Notes: a model not told the origin generated them from the sequence alone. A stretch of 62,011 nt of DNA from Rhodothermales bacterium (GCA_013002345.1 JABDKH010000096.1:1-62011), one strand, 5' to 3'; shown: positions 30,318 through 39,814, counted from the stretch's first letter. Translations and numbers: made by a program.

Positions 30318-30545
30318 CTAGCCCCCCTGTTGGGCCGTTACGATCTCAATTCGATCGCCGGCGGCAACACGTGTGTCGGTCCAGGCTTCACGACGAACCA
30401 CCTCGTCGTTCATAGCAACCGCAACACCGCGCACAGCATCGGGATTCAGCCCGACCGCGCGGACTACATCCGTCAACAGGGCTCCGTCCTTCACCTGAAT
30501 GGCGTCACCGTTGACGGTGACGGTGTACGTGCTGTTCTGGTTCAT
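30318..30545 (-). CDS. thiS: sulfur-carrier protein ThiS
   Basis: 75-aa ORF from ATG 30545 ending in ..IEIVTAQQGG (C-terminal Gly-Gly). Lies 10 nt downstream of thiO. Confidence 0.8.
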   Translation of the reverse strand: MNQNSTYTVTVNGDAIQVKDGALLTDVVRAVGLNPDAVRGVAVAMNDEVVRREAWTDTRVAAGDRIEIVTAQQGG

Positions 30546-30555
30546 CTGGCTTGAT

Positions 30556-31686
30556 TCAGTGCGTTGAGACGGCATTCGACGGTGCGAAAGGCGCGATCCA
30601 CGGGCCGTGCTCTCCCGTGAGGACGAGGCGGGCGATTTCCTCCGACGTGATCGGCGCCAGCATGATGCCGTGACGGTAGTGGCCCGTCGCATAGATGATG
30701 CCTTCACCGGCCTCTCCCAGCAGCGGCCGGTGGTCCTGGCTCGCGGGTCGCAGTCCGGCCCACACATCCACAAGCGGCAGATCGTAAATGCCCGGTACCG
30801 TCTCCCAGGCGCCCTCAAGAATTTGATAAATGCCACCGGCTGTGACATCCGTGTCGAACCCCATTTCCTCACTCGTCGCCCCGACGAGCAATCGGCCGTC
30901 CGACTTCGGAGCGAGGTAGGCATGGGGCCCGCGGATGACGTGCGTCAGGTTGAACGGAGGGATCACTCGCAGCTCGGCCATCTGTCCCTTGACCGGACGA
31001 ACCTTCGGGCGAAGCTCCGACGGTATTCCGCCGATTTGCCGGGACCATGCGCCGGCCGCAAGAATCACGCAGCCTGCCTCTATAGTGTCGCCCTCTGACG
31101 TCAGGACTTTTGCAGGCGCTCCGGCGTGGATCTCCGCGACTTCGCAGTGCTCCTTCAACTCGCCTCCTGCCTTCCTGAATACGTCAACAAGCGCCTCTAC
31201 CACCGCACGATTGTCTACCTGATGGTCGTGCGGGGAAACAACTGCAGCGGTAATACGGGGCCCCAGAAACGGCTCGATCTCCAGTGCTTCCGGCCTGGTC
31301 AGCCACCTCATGTCGAGTCCATGCTGCATCTGAAAATCGTACACCCGCTTGAGGGCCTCGGCGCTGTCGGGGTCATCGGCGACGATCAGTGTCTCTTCGG
31401 ACCGGAAGTCAAGATCGCGCCCTGAGGCGGACGAAAGTCGGTCTGCAAACGCAGGCCAGCGCAGCATGCTTTCCCTACTGAGTTTGTAGACTTCGAGTTC
31501 TTCAAACCCGATCTCGGCGCTGGCTGCAAGCATACCGGCAGCCTGCCACGAAGCGGCACGTCCCGCCCGGTCGCGTTCGAGAATTGTTACCTTTCGACCG
31601 GCGTCTGCGAGCAGCCACCCGATTGAAAGTCCAATTATTCCACCTCCGACAATGACGATCGGATCAGAAGGGGTTCCGTTGGTCAA
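30556..31686 (-). CDS. thiO: glycine oxidase ThiO (FAD-dependent, DAO family)
   Basis: IVIVGGGIIGLSIGWLLA dinucleotide-binding motif. DAO-family length. Position immediately upstream of thiS. Confidence 0.75.
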   Translation of the reverse strand: MTNGTPSDPIVIVGGGIIGLSIGWLLADAGRKVTILERDRAGRAASWQAAGMLAASAEIGFEELEVYKLSRESMLRWPAFADRLSSASGRDLDFRSEETLIVADDPDSAEALKRVYDFQMQHGLDMRWLTRPEALEIEPFLGPRITAAVVSPHDHQVDNRAVVEALVDVFRKAGGELKEHCEVAEIHAGAPAKVLTSEGDTIEAGCVILAAGAWSRQIGGIPSELRPKVRPVKGQMAELRVIPPFNLTHVIRGPHAYLAPKSDGRLLVGATSEEMGFDTDVTAGGIYQILEGAWETVPGIYDLPLVDVWAGLRPASQDHRPLLGEAGEGIIYATGHYRHGIMLAPITSEEIARLVLTGEHGPWIAPFAPSNAVSTH

Positions 31687-31728
31687 CAGACGTCCTCACA
31701 GCAGACTGTTAGATATGGTTTTCGCATT

Positions 31729-32793
31729 GTGCCGAAGGACTACGACATAGTCATTGCCGGAGCGGGCCTTGCCGGCACGTGCTCCGCGTTACACCTTGCA
31801 AACCGGGAAAGGATTCTACTGGTTGATTCCGGAAACCCGCCCGGCGGTGCGACAGCGGCGGCGGCCGGACTGGTCAATCCGTTCATGGCCCGCAAGGCGC
31901 GGCCGGCGTGGCGCCACAGAGAAGCCCTTGATGCACTCAAAGCTACGCTGCAAATGACGAATTCGGCCCACCTGTTCCGGGCGAATGGCGTGCTGCGACC
32001 AGCCCGGGACCTCGAGCAGGCGGCGCACTTCAAGGCGACGGCGGCATCGCACTCCGAGTGCCGCTGGCTGACTCCGCCAGAAGCGCACGAGCAATATCCG
32101 GAAGTACGCAGTCCTCACGGCTGCCTTATGGTTGCGTCCGGCGGCGCGGTCGGAATCTCGGCCTTCATCGAGGGCGCCCACACACGTCTTCGCCAGCAGG
32201 GCGTATCCATCCGGCTGGGCGCCACGGTGAGCGGCTTCATAGAATCGTCCGATGGAGTGGTCGTTGAGTTTCGGGATTCACCCCACGATAGCGTGCGATG
32301 TACGACGCTTCTGCTCGCGTGCGGAGCCGGCTTCCGGTCGTTCCCGTGCCTCGAATCCCTCGGCCTGCACGCCGTGAAGGGGCAAACCGCCGACGTGCGA
32401 CCGCGACGGCCGCTCGTTCATCTTCCGCATATTGCCGGGGCCGGCTACGCGGTCGTCGACGACTTTCGTGTGACGATCGGCAGCAGCTTCGAGCACGATT
32501 TCACGGATCAAGCGCCTGATCCCGAGGTCGGCCACGAACTCATCGCGCGGGCCGCCGAAATGCTTCCGTCGATTGCGAACGCAGACGTTATCGGCCATCA
32601 TGCCGGACTCCGGGTATCGGTTGCAGGACATCGCCTTCCGATTCTTGGTCCCGTGCCGGGTCACGATCGAGTCTGGACGTTCACCGGCCTCGGTTCGAAG
32701 GGCCTCTTGATGGCGCCCCTCATTGCTAAAGACCTGCCCGCATACCTTGATGCGCCCGGGAGTATACCGCCTGAGATTCGGATTTCGGGTTGA
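31729..32793 (+). CDS. FAD-dependent oxidoreductase (DAO family)
   Basis: DIVIAGAGLAGTCSALHLA GxGxxG motif. C-terminal TGLGSKGLLMAPLIA. Divergent from thiO with a 42-nt spacer. Confidence 0.7.
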   Translation: MPKDYDIVIAGAGLAGTCSALHLANRERILLVDSGNPPGGATAAAAGLVNPFMARKARPAWRHREALDALKATLQMTNSAHLFRANGVLRPARDLEQAAHFKATAASHSECRWLTPPEAHEQYPEVRSPHGCLMVASGGAVGISAFIEGAHTRLRQQGVSIRLGATVSGFIESSDGVVVEFRDSPHDSVRCTTLLLACGAGFRSFPCLESLGLHAVKGQTADVRPRRPLVHLPHIAGAGYAVVDDFRVTIGSSFEHDFTDQAPDPEVGHELIARAAEMLPSIANADVIGHHAGLRVSVAGHRLPILGPVPGHDRVWTFTGLGSKGLLMAPLIAKDLPAYLDAPGSIPPEIRISG

Positions 32794-32982
32794 AACGACC
32801 TGAGCCCCGATTTTCGACCGGCACGTGACGCCAAGTGCGTGAATCACGCGTGGATCCCGACCTGCGGCTGTTCTGTGCGTTGTCGTCCGCAACATGCATT
32901 CGTACCTTGAAATCTTGCGCAATCGACGTCGCAAATGTCCGAAATTGAAGCATAAACCAGATCGATACCGCCGAGGATTACC

Positions 32983-34062
32983 ATGGCAGAAGTGACAACC
33001 TCCGCATTGGCCGACATACTTGGAGAGAAGGCCGGCTACCTGCTGGACCACCAGTGCAAGACCATCTCAAAGGAAGACCTGATCCTCCCGGGACCAGACT
33101 TTGTCGACCGTGTCTTCGCCGCATCGGACCGCTCTCCACGAGTACTTCGGTCGATCCAGGACCTTCTCGGCCATGGTCGCCTGGCGAACACCGGCTACGT
33201 GTCGATTCTTCCCGTGGACCAGGGCATCGAGCACTCGGCAGGAGCCTCCTTTGCCAAGAACCCGATCTATTTTGATCCGGAAAACATTGTCAAGCTCGCC
33301 ATCGAAGGCGGCTGCAACGCAGTGGCTTCGACGTTCGGCGTGCTGGGTATTGTGGCCCGCAAATACGCCCACAAGATTCCGTTTGTGCTCAAGATCAATC
33401 ACAATGAACTGCTGACGTACCCCAACACGTACGACCAGATCATGTTTGCCAGCATCGATGATGCGTATGACATGGGATGTGTCGCAGTAGGTGCCACGAT
33501 CTACTTCGGATCGGAGGAATCAGGCCGCCAGCTTCAGGATGTCTCAGAAGCCTTCTCGTATGCGCACGACCTCGGGATGGCGACCATCCTCTGGTGCTAT
33601 ATGAGAAACAGTGGCTTCAAGGTGAACGGTGTGAACCACGAAGGAAGCGCCGACCTTACAGGCCAGGCGGATCATCTCGGCGCCACCATCGAGGCCGACA
33701 TCGTAAAACAGAAGCAGCCGACGCAGACGGGCGGCTACAAGGCGTTGAACACGGGAGACTCGAGCTACGGCAAGCTGGACGAGCGCATCTACACGGAGCT
33801 CAGTACGGATCACCCGATTGACCTCACCCGATATCAGGTTGCGAACGGCTACATGGGCCGCGTCGGACTCATCAACTCCGGCGGCGCATCGGGATCGAAC
33901 GACCTCCAGCAGGCCGTCCAGACCGCCGTGATCAACAAGCGTGCCGGTGGCATGGGACTCATCTCCGGCCGCAAAGCGTTCCAGCGTCCGATGAAGGACG
34001 GAGTTGGCATCCTGAACGCCATCCAGGATGTATACCTCAACGACGAGGTGACGATTGCCTGA
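32983..34062 (+). CDS. fbaB: class I fructose-bisphosphate aldolase (DhnA/FbaB type)
   Basis: Nearly collinear with E. coli FbaB as recalled: GY(V/L)[64 protein letters not shown]. Confidence 0.9.
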   Translation: MAEVTTSALADILGEKAGYLLDHQCKTISKEDLILPGPDFVDRVFAASDRSPRVLRSIQDLLGHGRLANTGYVSILPVDQGIEHSAGASFAKNPIYFDPENIVKLAIEGGCNAVASTFGVLGIVARKYAHKIPFVLKINHNELLTYPNTYDQIMFASIDDAYDMGCVAVGATIYFGSEESGRQLQDVSEAFSYAHDLGMATILWCYMRNSGFKVNGVNHEGSADLTGQADHLGATIEADIVKQKQPTQTGGYKALNTGDSSYGKLDERIYTELSTDHPIDLTRYQVANGYMGRVGLINSGGASGSNDLQQAVQTAVINKRAGGMGLISGRKAFQRPMKDGVGILNAIQDVYLNDEVTIA

Positions 34063-34086
34063 CGACGGCAGCGGACAGAAATTCAA

Positions 34087-34120
34087 GGCGCTCGCGGTTG
34101 AACTGCGGGCGCCTTTTTTT
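34087..34120 (+). terminator. rho-independent terminator after fbaB
   Basis: GGCGCTCGCGG-TTGAA-CTGCGGGCGCC gives an 11-bp stem (two G-U pairs), followed by T7. Confidence 0.75.
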
Positions 34121-34251
34121 CTTGAAATCGCCAGCTTCGTTCATCAACACGTGTCGGCTCAAACGAACGCACCGGGCACTGAGGTTGACTTGTCGATCCG
34201 CTCGAACGAAACTCTCTCCATCCAACACTTCCTCGATCCGAAACAGGCATC

Positions 34252-35157
34252 ATGAAACGATCATCCTTCGTGTTTCTCGCTGTTGCTCTCGCTGTGGCTG
34301 CTTCCGTCCCTGGTGCCTCCGCTCAGGACGGCCTCAAGATCTACATCTCGGCAGATATGGAGGGTGTGGCAGGAGCCGTGACGGGCGAACAACTCGGTCC
34401 CTCAGGCTTCGAGTATCAGCGCTTTCGGCAGTTCATGACCGATGAAGTCAACGCGGCCATCGAGGCGGCTTTCGCGGCGGGCGCAACCGAAATCCTAGTG
34501 AGCGACTCCCACGGCAACGGACAGAACCTCCTCATCGATCAACTGCCCGAGAACGTCAGAGTGATTCGATCGTGGCCGCGGCCGCTGGGCATGATGGCTG
34601 GAATCGACGCGTCGTTCGACGGCGTTATCTACATCGGCTATCATACGAGTACGACCAATACAGAGGGCGTGCGCGCGCACACCATGTCCAGCGCCCGTCT
34701 GACGGCAGTCAAACTGAACGGCGTGCCCGTTTCCGAGGCGGCGTTCAACGCAGCCATCGCCGGACACTTCGGCGTTCCAGTCATCATGGTCTCCGGTGAC
34801 GACGCCATAATCGAGGAGACCCGACAGATCGTGGGCGACGTGGAGGGTGCGATCGTCAAGCGAGCCCTCGGCTTCCACTCGGCCGAGACGATGACCCCGG
34901 TCGCGGCCAACCACGTCATTCGTGACGGGGTAACAGCGGCAGTCAGGCGCATCGATGACTTCCGGCCGTACCAATTGAAAGGCCCCGTCGAACTCGAGGT
35001 AAGCATGAAGAACTATCGGCCTGTTGAACTGCTTGGCTATCTGCCGAATGTGGATCGCGTGGACTCACACACCATTCGCTTCGTGGCAAAGGACATGACG
35101 GAAGCGTCCGGTTTCATGACGTTCATTCTCAGCTACAACGCCGACCTCGCGCCCTGA
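34252..35157 (+). CDS. M55 family metallopeptidase (DppA-type D-aminopeptidase), secreted
   Basis: Signal peptide ending GASAQ. M55 blocks ISADMEG, VSDSHGNG, IGYH. Confidence 0.8.
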   Translation: MKRSSFVFLAVALAVAASVPGASAQDGLKIYISADMEGVAGAVTGEQLGPSGFEYQRFRQFMTDEVNAAIEAAFAAGATEILVSDSHGNGQNLLIDQLPENVRVIRSWPRPLGMMAGIDASFDGVIYIGYHTSTTNTEGVRAHTMSSARLTAVKLNGVPVSEAAFNAAIAGHFGVPVIMVSGDDAIIEETRQIVGDVEGAIVKRALGFHSAETMTPVAANHVIRDGVTAAVRRIDDFRPYQLKGPVELEVSMKNYRPVELLGYLPNVDRVDSHTIRFVAKDMTEASGFMTFILSYNADLAP

Positions 35158-35268
35158 AGCATCTGATCAGACATTCATCCGCTCGAACCCTTTCTCGACG
35201 TCGGAGCGTACCACAACGGGCGACCGAAGACCGCAACAGGCAGTTCGCTCGCCGGCATTTCACCGGCG

Positions 35269-35276
35269 TATATTTA
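35269..35276 (+). promoter_or_regulatory. possible Bacteroidota-type -7 promoter element (TAnnTTTG-like) upstream of the AAA+ gene
   Basis: TATATTTA lies 30 nt upstream of ATG 35306 in an otherwise GC-rich spacer. Motif-level guess only. Confidence 0.25.
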
Positions 35277-35305
35277 TCGGATATCACAAAGAGAAGAAGA
35301 CAGAA

Positions 35306-37108
35306 ATGACGGAGATCACGAAGGCGGAACAAGACATCAAGACGCCCGACCCGGACGGGGTCGCGATCATCGACGAGGACCTGCTCGACCGCTATACCGC
35401 CCACTATCCCGAGTGGGCGAAAGAATTTGCGCGCAAGTACTTCACGAAGACGTTCACGCAGTTCATCCTGTACGGCAACGTTCGTGATCTCGTGCCGACG
35501 GAGGACAAAGATGGCAAGACCATCTACGAGCCGTTGCGACGATTCCTGATGAACGATCTGTTCGCCGCACGCGACTACGTCATCTTCTTCGACCGCTCCT
35601 CCGGTATCCACTTTGCCGACAAGGCCTCGCAGGCAGACTTCAATCGCGCGCTGTCGGGATATGACACCATTTTCGGCACCGACTTCGCCAAGAAACTGCC
35701 GAAAGATCCGGTGCGCGTGCTGTCCGTCCTGGAGAATTATTTCCGACTGCGCCTGGCCGACGGCAAACGCGTCGCGTGCGTGATCGACTATGCCGAGACC
35801 ATCGTGCCCATGGCCGAGGCGTCGATGTATTCTTCGGAAGACCGGAATGCTCTCGTCTTTCTACAGAAGTGGTCGCACGATCCCACGTTTCTCCGAAGTG
35901 ACTTCACGGTATGTCTCGTAACCGAGAACCTCCGCGACCTGAATCAGCAGCTCGTTCAGAGCCCGTACACGGCGGAGATTCAGATCGTCATGCCGAATGA
36001 GAGCGAACGTCTCAAGTACGTGCGCTCTTATCTCGCGGATAAGGAGAAGATCTGGCAGGATCGGTCCGAGGTCACGGTGGAGGCCCTGGCGCAGAACACG
36101 GCCGGGCTGAACCACGTCCAGCTCCGAACGATACTCGCGGACGTTCTTGAGAATCGGACAGAGCTCACGTACGACACGCTCTCAGAACTCAAGAAAGCGT
36201 TCATCGAGGCGGAGGCGTACGGACTGCTTGAATTTATCGAGACCGACTTCACGCTCGAGATGGTAGCGGGTCACGAGCATGCGATCAAGCATCTGCGTCA
36301 GGCGGCTTCAGCACTGAAGGAGGGGCGTCGCGACGTCATGCCGATGGGCTATCTCGTGAGCGGACCGGTCGGCACCGGCAAGACCTTCACTATCACGTGC
36401 TTCGCGGGTGAGATAGGCATCCCGATGGTGAAATTGAAGAACTTCCGCTCGCAATGGCAGGGCGTCACGGAGGGCAATCTGGAAAAGATTCTTCACCTGC
36501 TTGAGGCGATGACGCCGGTCGCCGTCATGATTGACGAGGCGGATGCGCAACTCGGTCAGCGCGACGTTCAGGGTGACTCCGGCGTGTCGAAACGTGTGTT
36601 CGGGCAGATCGCTTCGTTTATGAGCGATACGAAACACCGGGGCAATATCATTTTCTTCCTCGTGACGGCCCGGCCTGATCTCATGCCGATCGACCTCAAG
36701 CGGCAGGGCCGCGCCGAGGAACACATCGCGTTGTTTTACCCGTCGTCGCGCGAGGAGCGCGAAGAGCTGCTGACCGTCATGATGAAGCGAACAAATGTCT
36801 CGCTACCGATGGAGGAGGTTGCGGATTCGTTGCTGAACGGCGAGGTCACTCTGAGCGGAGCAGACATGGAGGCGCTAATGACGCGCGCGAAGTTTCGGGC
36901 GGCGCCGAAGGGCACGGTGACCGGCCAGATCCTGAAGGAGACCGTCGAGGATTTCATTCCGCCAACGTATCCGTTGGAAGTCGAGTTGCAGACGCTTTCG
37001 GCCGTGTTGGAATGCACAAGCCGCGCTCTGCTGCCGGAGAAATACCGCAACATGAATCGGGAATCCATCGTGCGACGCGTCGAAGAGTTGAATCGCCTTA
37101 TCCGTTAG
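35306..37108 (+). CDS. AAA+ ATPase, classic-clade C-terminal module with a degenerate N-terminal module
   Basis: C-terminal half has Walker A GPVGTGKT, Walker B VAVMIDEAD and sensor/SRH-like region FFLVTARPDLMPIDLKRQGR. The N-terminal ~300 aa has an AAA-like layout but no P-loop (FILYGNVRDL, ACVIDYAE). Confidence 0.85.
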   Translation: MTEITKAEQDIKTPDPDGVAIIDEDLLDRYTAHYPEWAKEFARKYFTKTFTQFILYGNVRDLVPTEDKDGKTIYEPLRRFLMNDLFAARDYVIFFDRSSGIHFADKASQADFNRALSGYDTIFGTDFAKKLPKDPVRVLSVLENYFRLRLADGKRVACVIDYAETIVPMAEASMYSSEDRNALVFLQKWSHDPTFLRSDFTVCLVTENLRDLNQQLVQSPYTAEIQIVMPNESERLKYVRSYLADKEKIWQDRSEVTVEALAQNTAGLNHVQLRTILADVLENRTELTYDTLSELKKAFIEAEAYGLLEFIETDFTLEMVAGHEHAIKHLRQAASALKEGRRDVMPMGYLVSGPVGTGKTFTITCFAGEIGIPMVKLKNFRSQWQGVTEGNLEKILHLLEAMTPVAVMIDEADAQLGQRDVQGDSGVSKRVFGQIASFMSDTKHRGNIIFFLVTARPDLMPIDLKRQGRAEEHIALFYPSSREEREELLTVMMKRTNVSLPMEEVADSLLNGEVTLSGADMEALMTRAKFRAAPKGTVTGQILKETVEDFIPPTYPLEVELQTLSAVLECTSRALLPEKYRNMNRESIVRRVEELNRLIR

Positions 37109-37113
37109 TTCGC

Positions 37114-37398
37114 ATGTTCATCTGCAAAGTCACGGGCACTGTCGTTGCTACGCGCAAGCCCGAGGTCTTTGAGACCTCAAAGCTTCTGATCGTGCACCCC
37201 GTCGATCTCGATGGCGAGTGCGAGGGCGACGAGGACATGCTTGCGCTCGACCCTCGTTACAATGCGGGTGAGGGCGACTACGTGCTTGTGGTACGTGAAG
37301 GAGCAGCCGTGAGGCAGTTGGTCGGCGAAGACGACGTCCCGACCAACGTCGTGATCGTAGGAGTTGTGGACGAGTGGTCGGTGGATACCGACGCGTAG
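37114..37398 (+). CDS. EutN/CcmL/PduN-family (BMC-P, microcompartment vertex-type) protein, orphan
   Basis: MFICKVTGTVVATRK..SKLLIVHPVDLDGE..LALDPRYNAGEGDYVLVVREGAAVRQ..PTNVVIVGVVDE is collinear with E. coli EutN as recalled. ATG lies 5 nt after the AAA+ stop codon. Confidence 0.8.
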   Translation: MFICKVTGTVVATRKPEVFETSKLLIVHPVDLDGECEGDEDMLALDPRYNAGEGDYVLVVREGAAVRQLVGEDDVPTNVVIVGVVDEWSVDTDA

Positions 37399-37527
37399 CC
37401 GCCAATCAACCTGAAAGCGACGACAACCGGTTGCGGTTCTTCTTCGCGAAGATCGTTCATGCTCGAGGCCAGCCGCCGGACCGGACGTCCCGTGCAACCG
37501 CTTGGCGCCAGGCCGCACAAGAACCCG

Positions 37528-38646
37528 CTATGCTTCCCGCAGCAAACACCCCTCGAGCGTCAACCCGGGTCCGAATGCCATCGCGACGGCGGTCTTCGGG
37601 CCATGCCCCGAAACCGCCTCTGCCCTCCTCCGAAGTAACCGGTCCAACACGAACAGGATCGTCGGCGAGCTCATGTTGCCGTTCATTCGGAGTACGTCCA
37701 GGCTATCCGCCACCTGGTCGTCGCTCAGTTCCAGCGCCTGCTGCGCCCGTTCGACGATAGCCCTGCCGCCCGGATGAATTCCCCAGAAATCAACATCCTC
37801 CCTGGAGAGATCGCTGCGACTCAACATCCCGTCGAGGAATGGTCCCACGTGTGATGCAATCACAGCCGGCACCCGCGGCGAAAGACCCATGCTGAACCCG
37901 GTATTTCCGATGTCCCACGTCATGTAATCCTCCGAGTCGTCGTCGATGAGCGAGGCGTTGTCGGTATAGACGAGTTTGCCCGCCGCATCGCTCTCCTCAC
38001 ATGACGACAGCACGGCGGCAGCCGCGCCGTCCGAGAACAGCGAGTTGATCACCGCGTCCTCCATCGAGTCCGTTACCTGGAAGTGCAGCGTGCACAGCTC
38101 CGCGCACACAAGCAGAACGCGGGCACCCGGATGCGACTTGCAGAAACCGTCGGCTACCCGCAGACCATTGAACGCGGCATAGCATCCCATGAAGCCGATA
38201 AGTGCGCGCCGCGTCGACGCGGGAAGTCCGAGCTTCTTGACCAACATGATATCCAGTCCCGGCGCAAAGAAGCCCGTGCAACTGACGGCAACCACGTGCG
38301 TGATTTCATCGGCCGTGAGTCCGGCGGCGTGGATCGCATCCCGGGCGACCTGCTCCGCCATCGGAAGGACCGCCTGGCGGTACATGGTATTGCGTTGTTC
38401 GGTCGTCGGCGCGGGCTTGAGATCCCAGTTGGGCGGGTAGAACTCGAATCGGGCAGGATCGTCGTGCAGATAATCCGGAATGCATGAGTATCTGTATTCG
38501 ATTGCTGACTTCTGGTACAGCTCCGGTACGCGACTGCGGATGCGATCTGGCAGGGACGTGATCCTGCTGATGAACTCTGCCGCCTCAGACTGCGGCCGAC
38601 CGTACGGCGGATGCCCCGTGGCTATCGAGTCAAGGACGGTTACCAT
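37528..38646 (-). CDS. type III polyketide synthase (chalcone/stilbene synthase family)
   Basis: Catalytic-triad contexts VSCTGFFAPGLD (Cys), FWGIHPGGRAIV (His) and GNMSSPTILFVL (Asn), plus the C-terminal AFGPGLT. Confidence 0.9.
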   Translation of the reverse strand: MVTVLDSIATGHPPYGRPQSEAAEFISRITSLPDRIRSRVPELYQKSAIEYRYSCIPDYLHDDPARFEFYPPNWDLKPAPTTEQRNTMYRQAVLPMAEQVARDAIHAAGLTADEITHVVAVSCTGFFAPGLDIMLVKKLGLPASTRRALIGFMGCYAAFNGLRVADGFCKSHPGARVLLVCAELCTLHFQVTDSMEDAVINSLFSDGAAAAVLSSCEESDAAGKLVYTDNASLIDDDSEDYMTWDIGNTGFSMGLSPRVPAVIASHVGPFLDGMLSRSDLSREDVDFWGIHPGGRAIVERAQQALELSDDQVADSLDVLRMNGNMSSPTILFVLDRLLRRRAEAVSGHGPKTAVAMAFGPGLTLEGCLLREA

Positions 38647-38703
38647 AGACGGCTTCCAGATTAGTTGACGACCGACACTTCGAGGGACCGGCGTGAGTGT
38701 GAT

Positions 38704-39543
38704 TCAGTCTTCTGCTCGCTTGGCCTCGTCCCAGAGGGCATCCATCTCCTCCAGGCCGGCGTCGACGACCGAACTGCCGCGTGCATCAAGTTCCGACTCG
38801 ATGTACTGAAACCGATCCGCGAACTTCCCGATTGTGTGGCGGAGGGCGTTCTCCGCGTTCAAGCCAGTGAGGCGGGCATAGTTGACGAGAGAGAACAACA
38901 GATCGCCGAACTCCCTGTCACGCTCGGCGTCGGCGGACCCGGTCCGATCCAGTCGCTCGAACTCTTCCAGCTCCTCGCGCACCTTGTCCCACGCATCGGC
39001 AGGTGTAGGAAAGTCAAACCCTACGCCGGCCGCCTTCTCCTGCATGCGGTGGGCACGCAGAAGCGCCGGAAGCTGGGCCGGAATGCCTCCGATTACAGAC
39101 TTCCGCTCACCTTCGCTCAGCTTGATCTCCTCCCAGTTGGCGAGGACCTCGCCCACGTTTTCCACATCCACATCGCCAAACACATGCGGGTGCCTTCGGA
39201 CAAGTTTTTCCGTCTCCGTCTGGATCACATCTTCCAACGTGAAATAGCCATTCTGATTCGCTATAACACTATGAAATACAACATGAAGCAGCAGATCGCC
39301 AAGTTCGCGCTTTAACTCCGACCAGTCGCCTGCGTCGATGGCCTCGACGGTCTCGTAGGCCTCTTCGATCAGGAGATGTTTGACGGAATCGTGCGTCTGC
39401 TCGCGGTCCCAGGGGCAGTCCCGCCGGAGCTGTCGAACAATTGCGACGAAATCGGCATAGGCGTCGATCCCGGCGCTACCTTCTTCGAACTGAGAATCGT
39501 AAATTTTCGACATCAGGAAACTGATTGACGCTTCATAATACAA
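38704..39543 (-). CDS. mazG: nucleoside triphosphate pyrophosphohydrolase MazG
   Basis: Two MazG repeats: CPWDREQTH.S....LIEEAYE..EAI and ELGDLL. A later start at 39513 is possible. Confidence 0.9.
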   Translation of the reverse strand: MYYEASISFLMSKIYDSQFEEGSAGIDAYADFVAIVRQLRRDCPWDREQTHDSVKHLLIEEAYETVEAIDAGDWSELKRELGDLLLHVVFHSVIANQNGYFTLEDVIQTETEKLVRRHPHVFGDVDVENVGEVLANWEEIKLSEGERKSVIGGIPAQLPALLRAHRMQEKAAGVGFDFPTPADAWDKVREELEEFERLDRTGSADAERDREFGDLLFSLVNYARLTGLNAENALRHTIGKFADRFQYIESELDARGSSVVDAGLEEMDALWDEAKRAED

Positions 39544-39814
39544 CCGGCCTCAGTGTCTCCCCGCCGATTTGCCATTCCGCACACGCTTCTTGTGTGAAGA
39601 GCGGCAAGAGATCACGAATGGCTGCGTGTTTCGAGGTTATTCCGGGGCACCGGAATGTGTCTTAACAGTTAACTGTACCCCGCGGTGAGTCGCCGGGGGG
39701 AAGTTACATCTCCTGGTGGATTCGTGCTGAAGAGTGAACAGCCGGAATGTCCGGTGGACTCGTAAGGAATCGCCAGGGGCTCGTGTTATAGTTAATTAGT
39801 CAGGAGGTGTAATA

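Noticed and set aside
34252-35157. The M55 peptidase as a proteolytic partner of the downstream AAA+ ATPase.
   Set aside because: The peptidase has a clear signal peptide, so it is periplasmic or secreted, while the ATPase has none. A 148-nt spacer with a promoter-like element separates the two genes.
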